A stretch of DNA of 64,000 nt, taken from contig CBDDCX010000006.1 of the NCBI GenBank assembly GCA_965226375.1, positions 224,001 through 288,000 of the forward strand. Direction: 5' to 3'. The stretch is from Longimicrobiales bacterium (GTDB lineage Bacteria > Gemmatimonadota > Gemmatimonadetes > Longimicrobiales > Gaopeijiaceae). Under the pieces are notes generated by a model. It saw only the letters and a program-made list of their open reading frames with translations, ran no database searches and was not told the DNA's origin. The position numbers and the translations under genes were made by a program. Below are positions 49,322 to 61,326 of the stretch, in pieces. Position 1 is the stretch's first letter. Each line of letters opens with the position of its first letter.

Positions 49322-49920
49322 AATCCTCCTAGCTTGATCGTCAGTACCCCGGCCGGCCCGCCGATGTCGCTGTTGTCGAGGCTTATCAACTCCACGTCGC
49401 CCACAAATCTGTACGAGCCTCCGAACCCGATTCTGAGGTGCTTGGTCACATTGACGATCGCGTTCAGGCCGGGCTCGGTGACGAAGAATGCGTCGACGTC
49501 GTCCTCCCAGTCGTGAGGGCCCCCATAACGCTCCCACATGGTGCCTCCCGCTCCTATCAGAACACTCAAAGAGACGTGTGCAACCTCATGGGGCCTGACG
49601 ATATACTCGAGCTCGAGGCCGCCATACCCCATGAGCAACTCCCATCGGTTTCCGTCATCGTCGAAGAAGTCGTCAAAGTTCTCCTCGTTGACCAGGCCGT
49701 AGCCGCCCGCCCCGATTACGAACGAGTCGTTGATGATCCATCCTCCGCGTCCCCCGATCAGTACACCGAACTCGTCGGCGACCTCGGTGAACTTCACCAC
49801 AGGTCCGCCGAATCCCCCGTTCCGGATATCGCTCCCGAGCAGGGTCTGCACTTCCTGAGCGCCGGCGCTTGCAGCCACGGAACTCATCGCCAGGGCGATC
49901 AAAATATTCCTCAACATCAT
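49318..49920 (-). CDS. Hypothetical exported beta-barrel-like protein
   Basis: Signal peptide; Gly/aromatic alternating strands; C-terminal Phe. Confidence 0.7.
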   Translation of the reverse strand: MMLRNILIALAMSSVAASAGAQEVQTLLGSDIRNGGFGGPVVKFTEVADEFGVLIGGRGGWIINDSFVIGAGGYGLVNEENFDDFFDDDGNRWELLMGYGGLELEYIVRPHEVAHVSLSVLIGAGGTMWERYGGPHDWEDDVDAFFVTEPGLNAIVNVTKHLRIGFGGSYRFVGDVELISLDNSDIGGPAGVLTIKLGGF

Positions 49921-50030
49921 CCACTCCCCCGATTGAATTGCCCGCCTACTTCCATTATCAGAACGATCGACGCTCTGGTCCTCTGCCAGCACCCGTTGCC
50001 AGCTTCCGCCATCGGTATGAGGCTTATCCC

Positions 50031-52286
50031 ATGAGCGATATCCGAACCGCCTCGAATCGACGAGATGCGGGCCTGATGGCTCTCAGCCTCGTCTTGCTGC
50101 TCGGCGCGTTCCCTGTGGGAGTCGCCGCACAGGACCCTGTCTACCTGTCCCGACTCGAGGGTCCGATAGAGCTCGACGGGGTCTTGGACGAGCCGGCCTG
50201 GCAGACACTCGAACCGCTGCCGCTGACCATGCACACGCCGACCTACGGCGGTGAGCTAAGCGAGCGCACAGAGGTTCGGATCGGATACGACGACGAGTAC
50301 CTCTACGTAGGAGGTCACCTGTACGACTCCGACCCGAGCGGGATCCGAGAGAACTCTCTCTATCGGGATCGCTGGAGTGGCGACGATACCTTCGGATTCA
50401 TCCTCGACACGTTCAACGACAAGGAGAACGGCCTTTGGTTTCTCACGAACCCGGCCGGGGTGCGTTTCGACCAGACCGTCACAGCCGACGCAACCTCGGG
50501 GACTTTCGGTACCTATCCGTTCGAGAATAGCTGGAACACGTACTGGGACGTTGCGGTGACCCGGAGCGATGAGGGCTGGTTCGCGGAGTTTCGCGTTCCC
50601 TATTCCAGCCTGGGATTCCAGGACGTCGACGGGCGGGTCGAGATGGGCCTGATCGTGTCGCGATATATCTCGCGACGGAGCGAGCGCCAGCTCTACCCGG
50701 CCATCCGACCCAATTGGGCGTATGCCTACGCGAAGCCGTCCCAGGCTCAGACGGTGGTGCTGGAGAACGTCTCCAGCCGCAAGCCGCTTTATGTGACACC
50801 GTACGCTCTGGCGGGCCTGAGCCAGGAATCACAACTGCCCGAGGGCGCTGGGCGGTACGATCTGCAGAACGACACACAGCAAGAGGTGGGACTCGACGTC
50901 AAGTACAACCTGCGGAACAACCTCACGTTGGACGTGACGGTCAATACAGACTTTGCCCAGGTCGAGGCCGACGACCAGCAGGTCAACCTGACCCGTTTCT
51001 CGCTGTTTTTTCCGGAAAAACGACAGTTCTTCCAAGAGCGAGCGGGCACCTTCGCCTTCCGCACGGGCATGGTCGACAGGTTGTTCCATTCGCGCGAGAT
51101 CGGGCTTCATGAAGGCGAGCCGGTGCGCCTTCTGGGTGGTGGCCGGTTGGTGGGTCGAATGGGCGGATGGGACCTGGGACTCATGAACCTGCAGACCGGC
51201 GAGTCCGACGCTCTCAGCTCTGAGAACTTCGGCGTTCTGCGCCTCCGCCGGCAGCTCTTCAACCCCTTCTCGTATGCCGGCACTATGGTGACCAGTCGGT
51301 TCGGGACCGACGGTTCCTACAACGTAGTGTACGCGGCCGACGGTATCCTGCGGCTGACCGGGGACGAGTATCTCACGCTTCAGTGGGCGCAGAGCTTCGA
51401 CGACCGTGTGGCCGACGCCACGGGGTTCAACTTCGGGAGGGCCGCTCTCTTTAGGGCGCACTGGGAGAGGCGTACCCAGCAGGGCCTCTTCTACCTGGGG
51501 CAGGTCAACTACATCGGCGGCGACTTCGTGCCCGGCCTAGGCTTTGTCCAGCGGACCGGAGCGACGCTGGTCGAGACTCGCCTCGGGTACGGATGGATTC
51601 CCGGGGCGGAATCACCGTTTCGCACCATCACGCCGAACTTCCTGAGCTCCCAGCTTTGGCTCCGCAACGGTGACGGCTCCATCGAATCGGCATCGGTCGG
51701 GAGTTGGTTCAACTACGAGCTCAAGAATGGCGGCAGCGGGTGGATCGGTCTGGAGGCCAACATCGAAGACCTGGACGAGCCTCTGTCGCTGCCGGACGAC
51801 GTCGTGGTGCCTGTGGATCGCTACGAGTTCTGGACCCTGAACACGTCCTATAGGCACACCCGGTCGAGTCTTCTCAGCTTCACCACCAAGGTCGAGGTCG
51901 GGACCTTCTACGACGGCTGGCGGGTGAACTACACGCTGGCCCCCACGTGGAACGTCTCCCGTTACCTAGAGCTGGGGGCGGACTACCAAATCGCGTGGGC
52001 CACTTTCCCGGACTTGGACCAGGACTTCGTGGTTCACGTCCCGCGGGTGAAGGTCCAGCTGGCTCTCGATACCAAGCTCTCGGCCAACGCCTTTGTCCAG
52101 TACAACACCGAGACCGACCTGATCACACCCAACGTCCGGATTCGCTACAACTTTCGGGAGGGCAACGACCTTTGGCTGGTCTATAATGAAGGGCTCAACA
52201 CGGATCGGGGTGTGGTCGATCCGCGGCTGCCGCTGACCGACACGCGCACCGTGCTGCTCAAGTACACTTACACGTTCGGGTCCTGA
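50031..52286 (+). CDS. DUF5916 / CBM9-like-domain exported protein
   Basis: LDG.LDE..W, TVNTDFAQVEAD.QQVNLTRFSLFFPEKRQFF. Confidence 0.85.
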   Translation: MSDIRTASNRRDAGLMALSLVLLLGAFPVGVAAQDPVYLSRLEGPIELDGVLDEPAWQTLEPLPLTMHTPTYGGELSERTEVRIGYDDEYLYVGGHLYDSDPSGIRENSLYRDRWSGDDTFGFILDTFNDKENGLWFLTNPAGVRFDQTVTADATSGTFGTYPFENSWNTYWDVAVTRSDEGWFAEFRVPYSSLGFQDVDGRVEMGLIVSRYISRRSERQLYPAIRPNWAYAYAKPSQAQTVVLENVSSRKPLYVTPYALAGLSQESQLPEGAGRYDLQNDTQQEVGLDVKYNLRNNLTLDVTVNTDFAQVEADDQQVNLTRFSLFFPEKRQFFQERAGTFAFRTGMVDRLFHSREIGLHEGEPVRLLGGGRLVGRMGGWDLGLMNLQTGESDALSSENFGVLRLRRQLFNPFSYAGTMVTSRFGTDGSYNVVYAADGILRLTGDEYLTLQWAQSFDDRVADATGFNFGRAALFRAHWERRTQQGLFYLGQVNYIGGDFVPGLGFVQRTGATLVETRLGYGWIPGAESPFRTITPNFLSSQLWLRNGDGSIESASVGSWFNYELKNGGSGWIGLEANIEDLDEPLSLPDDVVVPVDRYEFWTLNTSYRHTRSSLLSFTTKVEVGTFYDGWRVNYTLAPTWNVSRYLELGADYQIAWATFPDLDQDFVVHVPRVKVQLALDTKLSANAFVQYNTETDLITPNVRIRYNFREGNDLWLVYNEGLNTDRGVVDPRLPLTDTRTVLLKYTYTFGS

Positions 52287-52424
52287 CCGCACCTGTTCGC
52301 GATTTGCTTAGGAAAAGCCCTGCCACCTCCGTAGATTGGCCGCAACGTGCCTTCGCCCGGTGTGGCCGAGGGGGCTGGCTGGGTCGAGGCGGAACGGTCG
52401 AACCCATTGGATATGGAGGGAGAG

Positions 52425-53012
52425 ATGGCTACCAAGCAGTTCACCATGGCCACTCTGGCCGGCGGGGTCACTGCATTCGTGTTGGTGTACCTTTTCTACG
52501 GCCTGTTGTTGATGGACTTCTACAACGGCAACCTCGGAACGGCGACCGGGGTCTACAAGGAGGTGCCCATCTTCTGGTCGTTGGCGGCGGGCCAGCTCCT
52601 ATGGGCGGGCTTCCTTACCATGGTCATGGGCTGGCGCGGGGATGCGTCGGCGGGAGCCGGACTCAAGACCGGTGCCATAGTGGGGTTGATCATGGGTGGT
52701 AGCATCAACCTTACCATGTACGGTACCGCGAACATCGCGAACCTCACGGCTTCGCTCGTCGATCCGGTCGTTGCCATGATCGGTACGGCCATCACGGGTG
52801 CGGTCATCGGCCTGGTGCTCGGAATGGGCAGCGGATCGGCCGAGCCCGCGGTGGCGAGCGCACCAACCTCGCCTTCGGCGAGCGCTCCAACGTCCCCAAC
52901 GTCTCCCCCGTCCCCAACGTCTCCCCCCCCAACGTCTCCCCCGTCCCCAACGTCTCCCCCGTCCCCCCCGCCTTCGGCGGAGCACGACGGCGAGCAGTCG
53001 GCCGGCATGTAA
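52425..53012 (+). CDS. Four-TM membrane protein with a Pro/Thr/Ser-rich repeat tail
   Basis: Four hydrophobic segments; PTSP repeats encoded by tandem DNA repeats at about 52857-52978. Confidence 0.75.
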   Translation: MATKQFTMATLAGGVTAFVLVYLFYGLLLMDFYNGNLGTATGVYKEVPIFWSLAAGQLLWAGFLTMVMGWRGDASAGAGLKTGAIVGLIMGGSINLTMYGTANIANLTASLVDPVVAMIGTAITGAVIGLVLGMGSGSAEPAVASAPTSPSASAPTSPTSPPSPTSPPPTSPPSPTSPPSPPPSAEHDGEQSAGM

Positions 53013-53088
53013 CGCTCCTCGGTCTCCACAGATCCCCGGGGCGCGGCGTACAGCACCGGCTGACGTCGCGTCTCGAGGGTCGGGTTGA

Positions 53089-54222
53089 TCAGCGTGTAGA
53101 CCTGACTTCACGGGGCAGCGGCTCATCCCCGAACACGAACGCCTCGATGAAGAGGCGGGCCACGTCAGACCGGAGCACGTTGCTGTCTCCCCCCAGACCG
53201 TACGCTCGACTCATGTAGTTCGTGTTGGCTAGCACCACGAAGGTGAGCTCCCGCTCTGGCACCCGCACGATCAGCGAGGAGTTACTGGTCCACCATCCGT
53301 AGTACCACTGGAAGGTTATGTCCTGACGGTCTTGGATGAACCAACCGAGTGCATACGGGAGCGTCTCGCCGGTGTTGGATACGGCCGGCGTGAAGACCCG
53401 ATCCCAGGTGTCGGCCGCCAGGAAGCGGCCCTCGTCTATCGCGATGGAGAAGGTGGCCATGTCCTCCGCCGAGGCCACCATTCCGGCCGCCGTGCCGAAG
53501 AAGCCGGGATGGTCGATCGGTAGCACCTGCGATCCGGTCCAATCGTAGCCGGCCGCCATATCGGCCATGAAGGCCGTTCGATCGAGTCCGCTGTGAGCGA
53601 AGGCACCCGCGTCCGCGGGATTTGGAGCCGTATTGGTTAGCGCGAGGGGCCCGAGGATCCGCTCCGCGACGAGTTCCGCGAACGACCGTCCAGAGGCCAC
53701 CTCGATGACCCGGTCCAGGTTGCCGAACCGGTTCCCGTTATACGAGTAGGCGGCTCCGGGGACACCTTCGGACGTGTGCGACAGAAGATGGCGCACCAGT
53801 ATGACGCCACTGGCCGACAGGTTCACTCCGTAGTCGGTGACCGGGTCGTCCAGGTCCACAAGCCCCTCTTCCACCAGCTGCATCAGGATGATCGAGTCGA
53901 ACGGCTTCGTCAGGGATGCCAGGTGGAAGGGGGTGGTCGGCGTGGCGGCTCGGCCCGTTGCGGCGTCTGCCTGGCCGAGCCCTGTCGACCAGATGATGTC
54001 TCCTTGGTAGGCGATGGCGGCCGACATCCCCGGAATCCGGAGCTGAATACGAAGCGCATCCAGGTCTGCCGCGAACCCTTCGAGTCCCGGCGTGGCCGTG
54101 ACCTCGATGGGCACGGACTGAGTGGTGGGCCCAGTCGTATTGTCGGAGCCACAGGCCAGAAGCACGACGACGACAACGCAGACGCACATGAAGTGCGTCG
54201 CAGTTCTCACGATCGTCCGCAT
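53089..54222 (-). CDS. Beta-lactamase-related serine hydrolase lipoprotein
   Basis: Lipobox LLAC, IPGMSAAI, ASLTKPF (SxxK), RHLLSHTS, YSYN. Confidence 0.88.
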   Translation of the reverse strand: MRTIVRTATHFMCVCVVVVVLLACGSDNTTGPTTQSVPIEVTATPGLEGFAADLDALRIQLRIPGMSAAIAYQGDIIWSTGLGQADAATGRAATPTTPFHLASLTKPFDSIILMQLVEEGLVDLDDPVTDYGVNLSASGVILVRHLLSHTSEGVPGAAYSYNGNRFGNLDRVIEVASGRSFAELVAERILGPLALTNTAPNPADAGAFAHSGLDRTAFMADMAAGYDWTGSQVLPIDHPGFFGTAAGMVASAEDMATFSIAIDEGRFLAADTWDRVFTPAVSNTGETLPYALGWFIQDRQDITFQWYYGWWTSNSSLIVRVPERELTFVVLANTNYMSRAYGLGGDSNVLRSDVARLFIEAFVFGDEPLPREVRSTR

Positions 54223-54410
54223 GTCAGTATCGCCCTTCCACCCGGCCCATGAATCGATGTGTTCTGGATACTGAAACGATCGGCACGCCGGGATTCTACC
54301 AACAGGGCGTTGCGGTGATTCGGGCTGCACGTCCCGTCAATGCTTTCCGGATCGGAGGTGCCTGGTGCCGATGGCTTCCGGGCGCTCTACACCAGTGAGG
54401 ATTCCGCCTC

Positions 54411-57237
54411 CTACGCCGCCGGCCGTCCCCCGCTGAAGAACGCATTGAAGAGCAACCGGAACGTCCCGTGGGTCTGCATGCGGTGCTGCACCCGGAATCC
54501 GTACATGAGAATCCGGCCGCTCCCGTACCCGACATCGAGCACTGCGCCCTTGCCGGCCAGGAACTCGGCGCCCACCAGCTGGCCCGCCGCGAGGACATCT
54601 CCAGGATCGGAGGCCCACTTGCCGACCACCTGTACCGTCCCGGACTCGCCCTCCCATCCCGTCGGCTCGTAGGCCCGACCGCCGGCCCACTTGCCCAGGA
54701 CGGTGGACGGGCTGCCCGCAGAAAGCTCGTGATCGGGCGACAGTTCCATGCGCAGCAGCGAGGCCGGCAGGAAGAACTCGTCGCTGCTCACGTCCTCGAG
54801 GGCGTTCCTGATGGGTACGTCGAATCGGTCCAGGACGACCTGGTCTCCGCGTTCCAACGTCACCAGCGTGCCACCGGCCCGGACGAAGGCCTGCAGGTTC
54901 TCGACGCCTTCGTCGCCGATGCCGCCGGTATACCCGGCGGGCATGTCCTCTTCATCGTGTCCGTCCACCAGCCGATCCACGGAGATCTCCGAAGGGATCA
55001 TGATCACGTCGAGCCGACTTCTGAGATCCGATTCGCGCACGTCGTCGTTCGACAAGCTCTGAAAGGAGAAGCCGAACTCCTCGAGCAGGAGGCGCGTCCA
55101 GCCTTCGTCCATCGAACCGGCCCATCCACGGTACAGACTGATGCGCGACGCCTCGATACGGCGTGTGCTCGCGATATCGGGCGGATCGCTGAAGACGGGC
55201 ACCCCGACGGCCAGGTTCTCCAACGCTGCCTCGAGCCCGGATTGGCCCGCGGGTATCAGAAACGCGCCCCGCACGTCCTGACCGCCGAGGGTCACGGCTT
55301 CATCGGCACGATGAACGGTGAATCCGGCTTCCATGAGATCGTTGGCCACCCGATAGCTCTGGTTTACCTCGGAAGTGAGTGCGTACCAACTGCTCGCCCG
55401 ATCAGGAGCCGAGATGGTGAGGGACGGGACCTCCGTGACCCTCGTGAGCGACACATCGAAGGGCTCCTCGACCCGCACGGCTTCGACGCCCATCTGCATA
55501 GCCATAGTGTAGGCGGCAGCGTCGTACATGCGCAGGAAGGGCCCGTCGGGATAGAAGTTGCGTACCGGAAGAAAACGGGGCTCCAGAAGATCCATGAGAG
55601 CCGCCCGGCTGGCCTGAGCCACCACCACCACGAAACTTCCGGCTTCGAATCGACGTGCTTCGGGCTCTACCCACTCCTCTTCGTCGTCGTCGTGGGCCTC
55701 ATCCTCGTCGTGCCCTTCCTCGTCGTCGTCGTGGGCATCATCCTCGTCGTGCCCTTCGTCCTCGTCGTCGTGGGCCTCACCCTCGTCGTGCCCTTCGTCC
55801 TCGTCGTCGTCATGCGCCCCACCCTCGTCTCCCTCGCCCCCATCGGCCGTCTCCGCGGGGGGTGCCTTCGGTTGCCGGATTCCGGCTACGTCGGCGATGG
55901 TGTCCAGGACCGTGGGGAAGGCCTCGAACGCTCGGTCGGCCCGGTGGACCTCGATGCCCTGCATGGCCAGGCGCCGCACAAAGTCCGTGGCGGTGAGGGG
56001 ATCGCTCTGACGGGCGGGGATCACGAAGGCATACGGCCCCGTGGCGCTTGCCCGTTCCATGGTCTCCTTGGCCATCTGCCAGCGACCCAGGATGTAGTCC
56101 TCGCGAAAGCGTGCCGTCTGACGCAGAACCGAGAAGGCCGCCACGGTCTGGTAGTCCACAATGTCGCCTAGCTTCCACTCACCGCCCCACCAAGGGTCGG
56201 GCATTGCCATGGAGAACTCGTACGCCTCGAGGCCGATCCCAGGGCTGGCGAAGCCCTCCAACTGCTCCATGGTGACGGTGTCCGGGCTCGCGAGATTCGA
56301 GCTGGCGGTTTCCGTCAGTAGTCCGATCACGTTGTGGAAGCGCTCTGCGAGCGCTCCCTCCTGTCCGAAGATCCGGTACATGCTTCCGCTCACCACGCCC
56401 TGCTTGCCGGCGGCTTGCAGGTCCCGGACGATGCCCCCGCCCATGAATTGGATGCCCTGCCACAGCAGCGGATGGACCAGGGGGTTCATGGGATCGGGAT
56501 AAGGTGGTACGAAGATGCGGGGTCCGCTCCCGCCCATCTGGTGCTGATCCAGATAGATCTGCGGCCGTACGGCGGAACATCACGTCGAACCAATAACGGG
56601 TCTCCAACAACGCGCCCTGAAAGAAGTCCCGGTTGTTGTCGTGGCCGGCGTAATGGTGGTAGAGGTAGGGCATGCGGGCGTCCCAGTGCTCCGTCCCTAC
56701 GATCTGGTTGTACCAGTCCACCACCATCACCGTCACCACGTTGTCGAGAATCTCGAGTACATCGGTGTCCGTGCTCGTGGCCAGTCGGTGGACGAGGTCG
56801 ACGCTGGTCTGTGACGAGCCGATTTCGGTGGAGTGGATGTTGTGGTTGATGACCACGGTGGCCGGCAGGCCGACGACCAGCCGGTCGGCCTCGACAGCCG
56901 ACACACGGCCCTCGGCCAACACCGCGGAGGTCGCGGTGATTTCCGCGAGGCGGGCCAAATTGTCGGCCGACGAGAGGGTCACAGTGATGAATGGGTTCCC
57001 GAGAGTCGTGGGCCCCAGCGTGTCGACCCGAATGCGATCGGATCCGTCGGCGAGGATCTCGAAGTACTCGAGGATGCCGTCCCAGCGAGCGAGCTTCTCG
57101 TCCGTCCCCATGGCAAAGCCGAAGTGGCTTTCGGGAGAGGGAAGGGCCTGAGCCGCCGCGCCCCCGGGGCCGAGCGGAAGAACCAACAGCGGCAGAACTC
57201 CTACGAGAGTACGGAACCGAACCACGAAACACCTCAT
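54411..57237 (-). pseudogene. Large secreted M14-family metallopeptidase, frameshifted near 56565
   Basis: PSPESHFGF, NIHSTE, YAGHDNNRD, then DQHQMG, LTETAS, YDAAAYT, MDEGWTR, FRVQHR.QT.GTFRLLFN in the second frame. Confidence 0.85.
55675..55830 (-). repeat. His/Asp/Glu-rich tandem repeat inside the M14 gene
   Basis: Encodes GAHDDDEDEGHDEGEAHDDEDEGHDEDDAHDDDEEGHDEDEAHDDDEEE. Confidence 0.9.
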
Positions 57238-57295
57238 CAAGTTTAAGCCGTGGGGTGGACGGACCCGCGCCCACCTCCGAGACTATTCGATCTAG

Positions 57296-58471
<1,176 letters not shown>

Positions 58472-58538
58472 ACCAGTCGGAATTGGCGACCCGGCACGGG
58501 CATCGCCACACACACATGAGCTCTAGCGGAGATCGGTT

Positions 58539-58856
58539 TTGTCAGAGGCCGCGTTGGCAGTTTTGATGGCGCCCCGACAAGGGGCGGACGGCACGTTCGT
58601 GTTCTTCCTGAACATGACCGCCGTGATCCTCATCTTCTACTTCCTCCTCATCCGTCCGCAGCGGAAGGAGCAGCAGAAGCAAAAGGAGATGATCTCCGCC
58701 ATAGGGAAAGGCGACGAGGTGGTGACGACGGGTGGAATCATCGGTACGGTGATTCGGGCGGAGGAAGATCGCCTGGTCATCAAGACAGGCGGTGGCGAGA
58801 CCAAGGTCACCATCGAGCGGAGTCGGATCGCCAGAAAGGTCAAAGCGGAGGAGTAG
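58539..58856 (+). CDS. yajC: Preprotein translocase subunit YajC
   Basis: FYFLLIRPQRK, KGDEVVTTGGIIG. Confidence 0.96.
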   Translation: MSEAALAVLMAPRQGADGTFVFFLNMTAVILIFYFLLIRPQRKEQQKQKEMISAIGKGDEVVTTGGIIGTVIRAEEDRLVIKTGGGETKVTIERSRIARKVKAEE

Positions 58857-58886
58857 TGTTCCGTTCCCCCGACACCCGTAACTAGC

Positions 58887-59399
58887 GTGGCCATTCGGGA
58901 CATCGTCCTCCTGGGCGAAGAAGTGCTTCGTACCCCCGGCGAGGAAATCGTCGAGTTCGACGACGATCTGCGCTCGCTGGTAGAGGATATGTGGGAGACC
59001 ATGTACCATGCCGAGGGGATCGGCCTGGCGGCCCCCCAGATTGGAGTGTCCCTTCGTCTGTGCGTTGTCGACGTCCGCGTGGAGGACGACCCCGAAGCAG
59101 GGCATCTAGCTCTGGTGAACCCTGTGGTCTCCGAGGCGAGCAAGGAGACCGACAAGGCGTCCGAGGGCTGTCTGAGCATCCCCGGCCTCGAGGAGGTGGT
59201 GAGCCGTCCCGCCGCAGTGACCGTGACCGCCGTCACTCCGGACGGAGAGCCCATTGAAGTTCAGGCGGAAGGACTGATGGCTCGGGCGCTGCAGCATGAG
59301 ATCGATCATCTGGACGGGGTGCTCTTCATCGATCGGGTGAGCCCACTCAAGCGCAAGATGTTCCTCAAGAAGTGGAAGAAGAGCCAGGAGGAGGAGTAG
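58887..59399 (+). CDS. def: Peptide deformylase
   Basis: GIGLAAPQIG, EGCLS, QHEIDHLDG. Confidence 0.98.
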   Translation: MAIRDIVLLGEEVLRTPGEEIVEFDDDLRSLVEDMWETMYHAEGIGLAAPQIGVSLRLCVVDVRVEDDPEAGHLALVNPVVSEASKETDKASEGCLSIPGLEEVVSRPAAVTVTAVTPDGEPIEVQAEGLMARALQHEIDHLDGVLFIDRVSPLKRKMFLKKWKKSQEEE

Positions 59400-59409
59400 T
59401 AGGTACACC

Positions 59410-60345
59410 ATGAAGATCCTCTTTTGGGGTACGCCCGCCTTTGCGGTTCCATCGCTGCTCGCTCTGAGCGACGAAGGACACGACATCGTGGGGGTGGTTA
59501 CCCAGCCCGACCGACCCGCTGGGCGTGGCAGACAGCTCAAGGCCTCAGCCGTGAAGGAGGCCGCCCTGGCGGAAAGCATCACGGTCCTCGAACCCGAATC
59601 CCCGAAGGGGGATGCCTTCGTGAGGGAGATCGGGGCTTTGGGAGCCGACCTCTCGGTCGTGGTCGCCTATGGCCATATCCTCGTGCGCGAGGTACTGGAC
59701 GTTCCCCCGATGGGCTCGGTCAACCTGCATGCGTCGCTGCTTCCCGCCCTCCGCGGTGCCGCACCCATCAACTGGGCCATCGCCCGCGGGCACGAAATGA
59801 CCGGGGTGACGGTCATGCGCATGGTCGAGAAGATGGACGCCGGACCCGTCCTTTTTCAGACGGAGGAGCCGATCATCGGGGGAGAGACGGCCTCTGAGCT
59901 CACGACACGGCTTTCCGAGGTCGGTGCCGGGGCGCTGGTGGAGGCGTTGGCGCTTCTGGAGGCCGGAGCCGTGGAGGAACAGGAGCAGGATGAGTCGGCC
60001 GCCACTTATGCGCCCAAGGTCGACCGGGCCACTGCCCGCATCGACTGGACGGCACCCTGCGCGGAGGTCGCTGATCTGATTCGGGGGATGGATGGCGTAC
60101 CGGGCGCCTGGTCGGAGCTGGGCGGGGATCCCGTGAAGTTGTTCCGGCCCGAAGCCGAACCGGAGGTCGCGCCGGAAGGGTCGTCGGGAACGATCGTGGA
60201 GGCCGACCGAATCACCGGACTGTTGGTGGCGGCGGGGGATGGAGCCGTTCGGATCGACGAGGTCCAGCCTGCGGGCAAAAGCCGCATGAAGGCGGGCGAC
60301 TGGGTGCTGGGCCGGGGAGCGAGCGCCGGCCAGCGATTCGAGTGA
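59410..60345 (+). CDS. fmt: Methionyl-tRNA formyltransferase
   Basis: FWGTPAFA, TQPDRPAGRG, NLHASLLP..RGAAPI, MDAGP. Confidence 0.97.
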   Translation: MKILFWGTPAFAVPSLLALSDEGHDIVGVVTQPDRPAGRGRQLKASAVKEAALAESITVLEPESPKGDAFVREIGALGADLSVVVAYGHILVREVLDVPPMGSVNLHASLLPALRGAAPINWAIARGHEMTGVTVMRMVEKMDAGPVLFQTEEPIIGGETASELTTRLSEVGAGALVEALALLEAGAVEEQEQDESAATYAPKVDRATARIDWTAPCAEVADLIRGMDGVPGAWSELGGDPVKLFRPEAEPEVAPEGSSGTIVEADRITGLLVAAGDGAVRIDEVQPAGKSRMKAGDWVLGRGASAGQRFE

Positions 60346-60956
60346 TTCCCAAGCTTCACGTCGTCACCGACAGTGGGGTGCTCGCTCGGGAGGACTTTCT
60401 GGTCGACGCTCGGCAGGTCCTCGAGGCCGGTCCGGACGTCGCCCTCCATCTCCGCGGACCCGACGCGACCGGGCGGCACCTGTCCGATCTGGCCGGGGCC
60501 CTCACCGATGAGGCCGCCGCCGCGGGTGCCGCGCTGTTGGTCAACGATCGGGTGGACTTGGTCCTGTGCTCCGGGCTGGACGGCGTTCACCTTGGCCGCC
60601 GTTCCTTGCCCCTCGCCGAGGCCCGCCGACTCCTCGGGTCGGATCGATTGATAGGGGCCTCGGTGCACAGTGTGGAGGAAGCGGTAGAGGCGGTGCGGGG
60701 GGGAGCTGATTTCCTGTTCGTGGGGACTATTTGGGCGACCTCGTCCCATCCAGGCCGCGCTCCGGCGGGGCCGGAGCTGATCAGCGATGTGGCAGCGGCC
60801 GTCTCCGTGCCGCTGCTGGGCATCGGGGGCGTGACACCGGGGCGGGTAGCAGACATCCTGGAAGCTGGAGCACACGGCGCGGCCGTGGTCAGCGGGATTT
60901 GGCACGCCCCCTCTTCAGGCGAAGCCGTGCAGGCTTATCTTCAGGCCCTGGCGTAA
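60342..60956 (+). CDS. thiE: Thiamine-phosphate synthase (ThiE/TenI family)
   Basis: LVNDRVD, DGVHLG, GASVHS, IW.TSSHP, GIGGVT; adjacent to thiS and thiG. Confidence 0.8.
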   Translation: MIPKLHVVTDSGVLAREDFLVDARQVLEAGPDVALHLRGPDATGRHLSDLAGALTDEAAAAGAALLVNDRVDLVLCSGLDGVHLGRRSLPLAEARRLLGSDRLIGASVHSVEEAVEAVRGGADFLFVGTIWATSSHPGRAPAGPELISDVAAAVSVPLLGIGGVTPGRVADILEAGAHGAAVVSGIWHAPSSGEAVQAYLQALA

Positions 60957-60987
60957 TAGGACGATTAAGCGAGATGACGTACAGATC

Positions 60988-61206
60988 ATGAGTGAAGGTC
61001 AGACGATAAATGTACGACTCAACGGCAAGGACCGTGAGATCGACTCGGGGCTCTCCGTTCAGGAGTTGGTCGAGTCGCTGGATCTAGATCCAAAGCTCAT
61101 CGTCGTAGAGTTGAACAGGGAGATCCTCAGCCGGGACTGCTTCGGCGAGATCGAGGTCTCCCAAGGAGATCAGGTAGAGTTCGTCCACTTTGTCGGCGGA
61201 GGATAA
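60988..61206 (+). CDS. thiS: Sulfur carrier protein ThiS
   Basis: LNG, VELNREI, GD.VEFVHFVGGG C-terminus. Confidence 0.96.
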   Translation: MSEGQTINVRLNGKDREIDSGLSVQELVESLDLDPKLIVVELNREILSRDCFGEIEVSQGDQVEFVHFVGGG

Positions 61207-61231
61207 GCCAGCTTGCTCCGTCTTCGTCAAA

Positions 61232-61326
61232 GGACCCGAGGAATGAGATAGGACCCGTGGGACGAGATAGGACCCGAGGACGAGATAAGACCTGAGCAAC
61301 GAGATGGGACCCCGAGGTATGAGATG
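61232..61326. repeat. Five imperfect 18-20-bp tandem repeats between thiS and thiG
   Basis: Consensus GGACCCGAGGNAYGAGATR; the last unit contains the thiG start codon. Confidence 0.85.

Noticed and set aside
17905..54222. The two SxxK serine hydrolases as antibiotic-resistance beta-lactamases
   Set aside because: Only family-level motifs are present; this family is mostly esterases and peptidases, and neither gene is in the cassette array.
61232..61326. Mini-CRISPR or TPP riboswitch near the thi genes
   Set aside because: Units are contiguous with no unique spacers, and no TPP aptamer motif (CUGAGA...CCUGA) was recognised.
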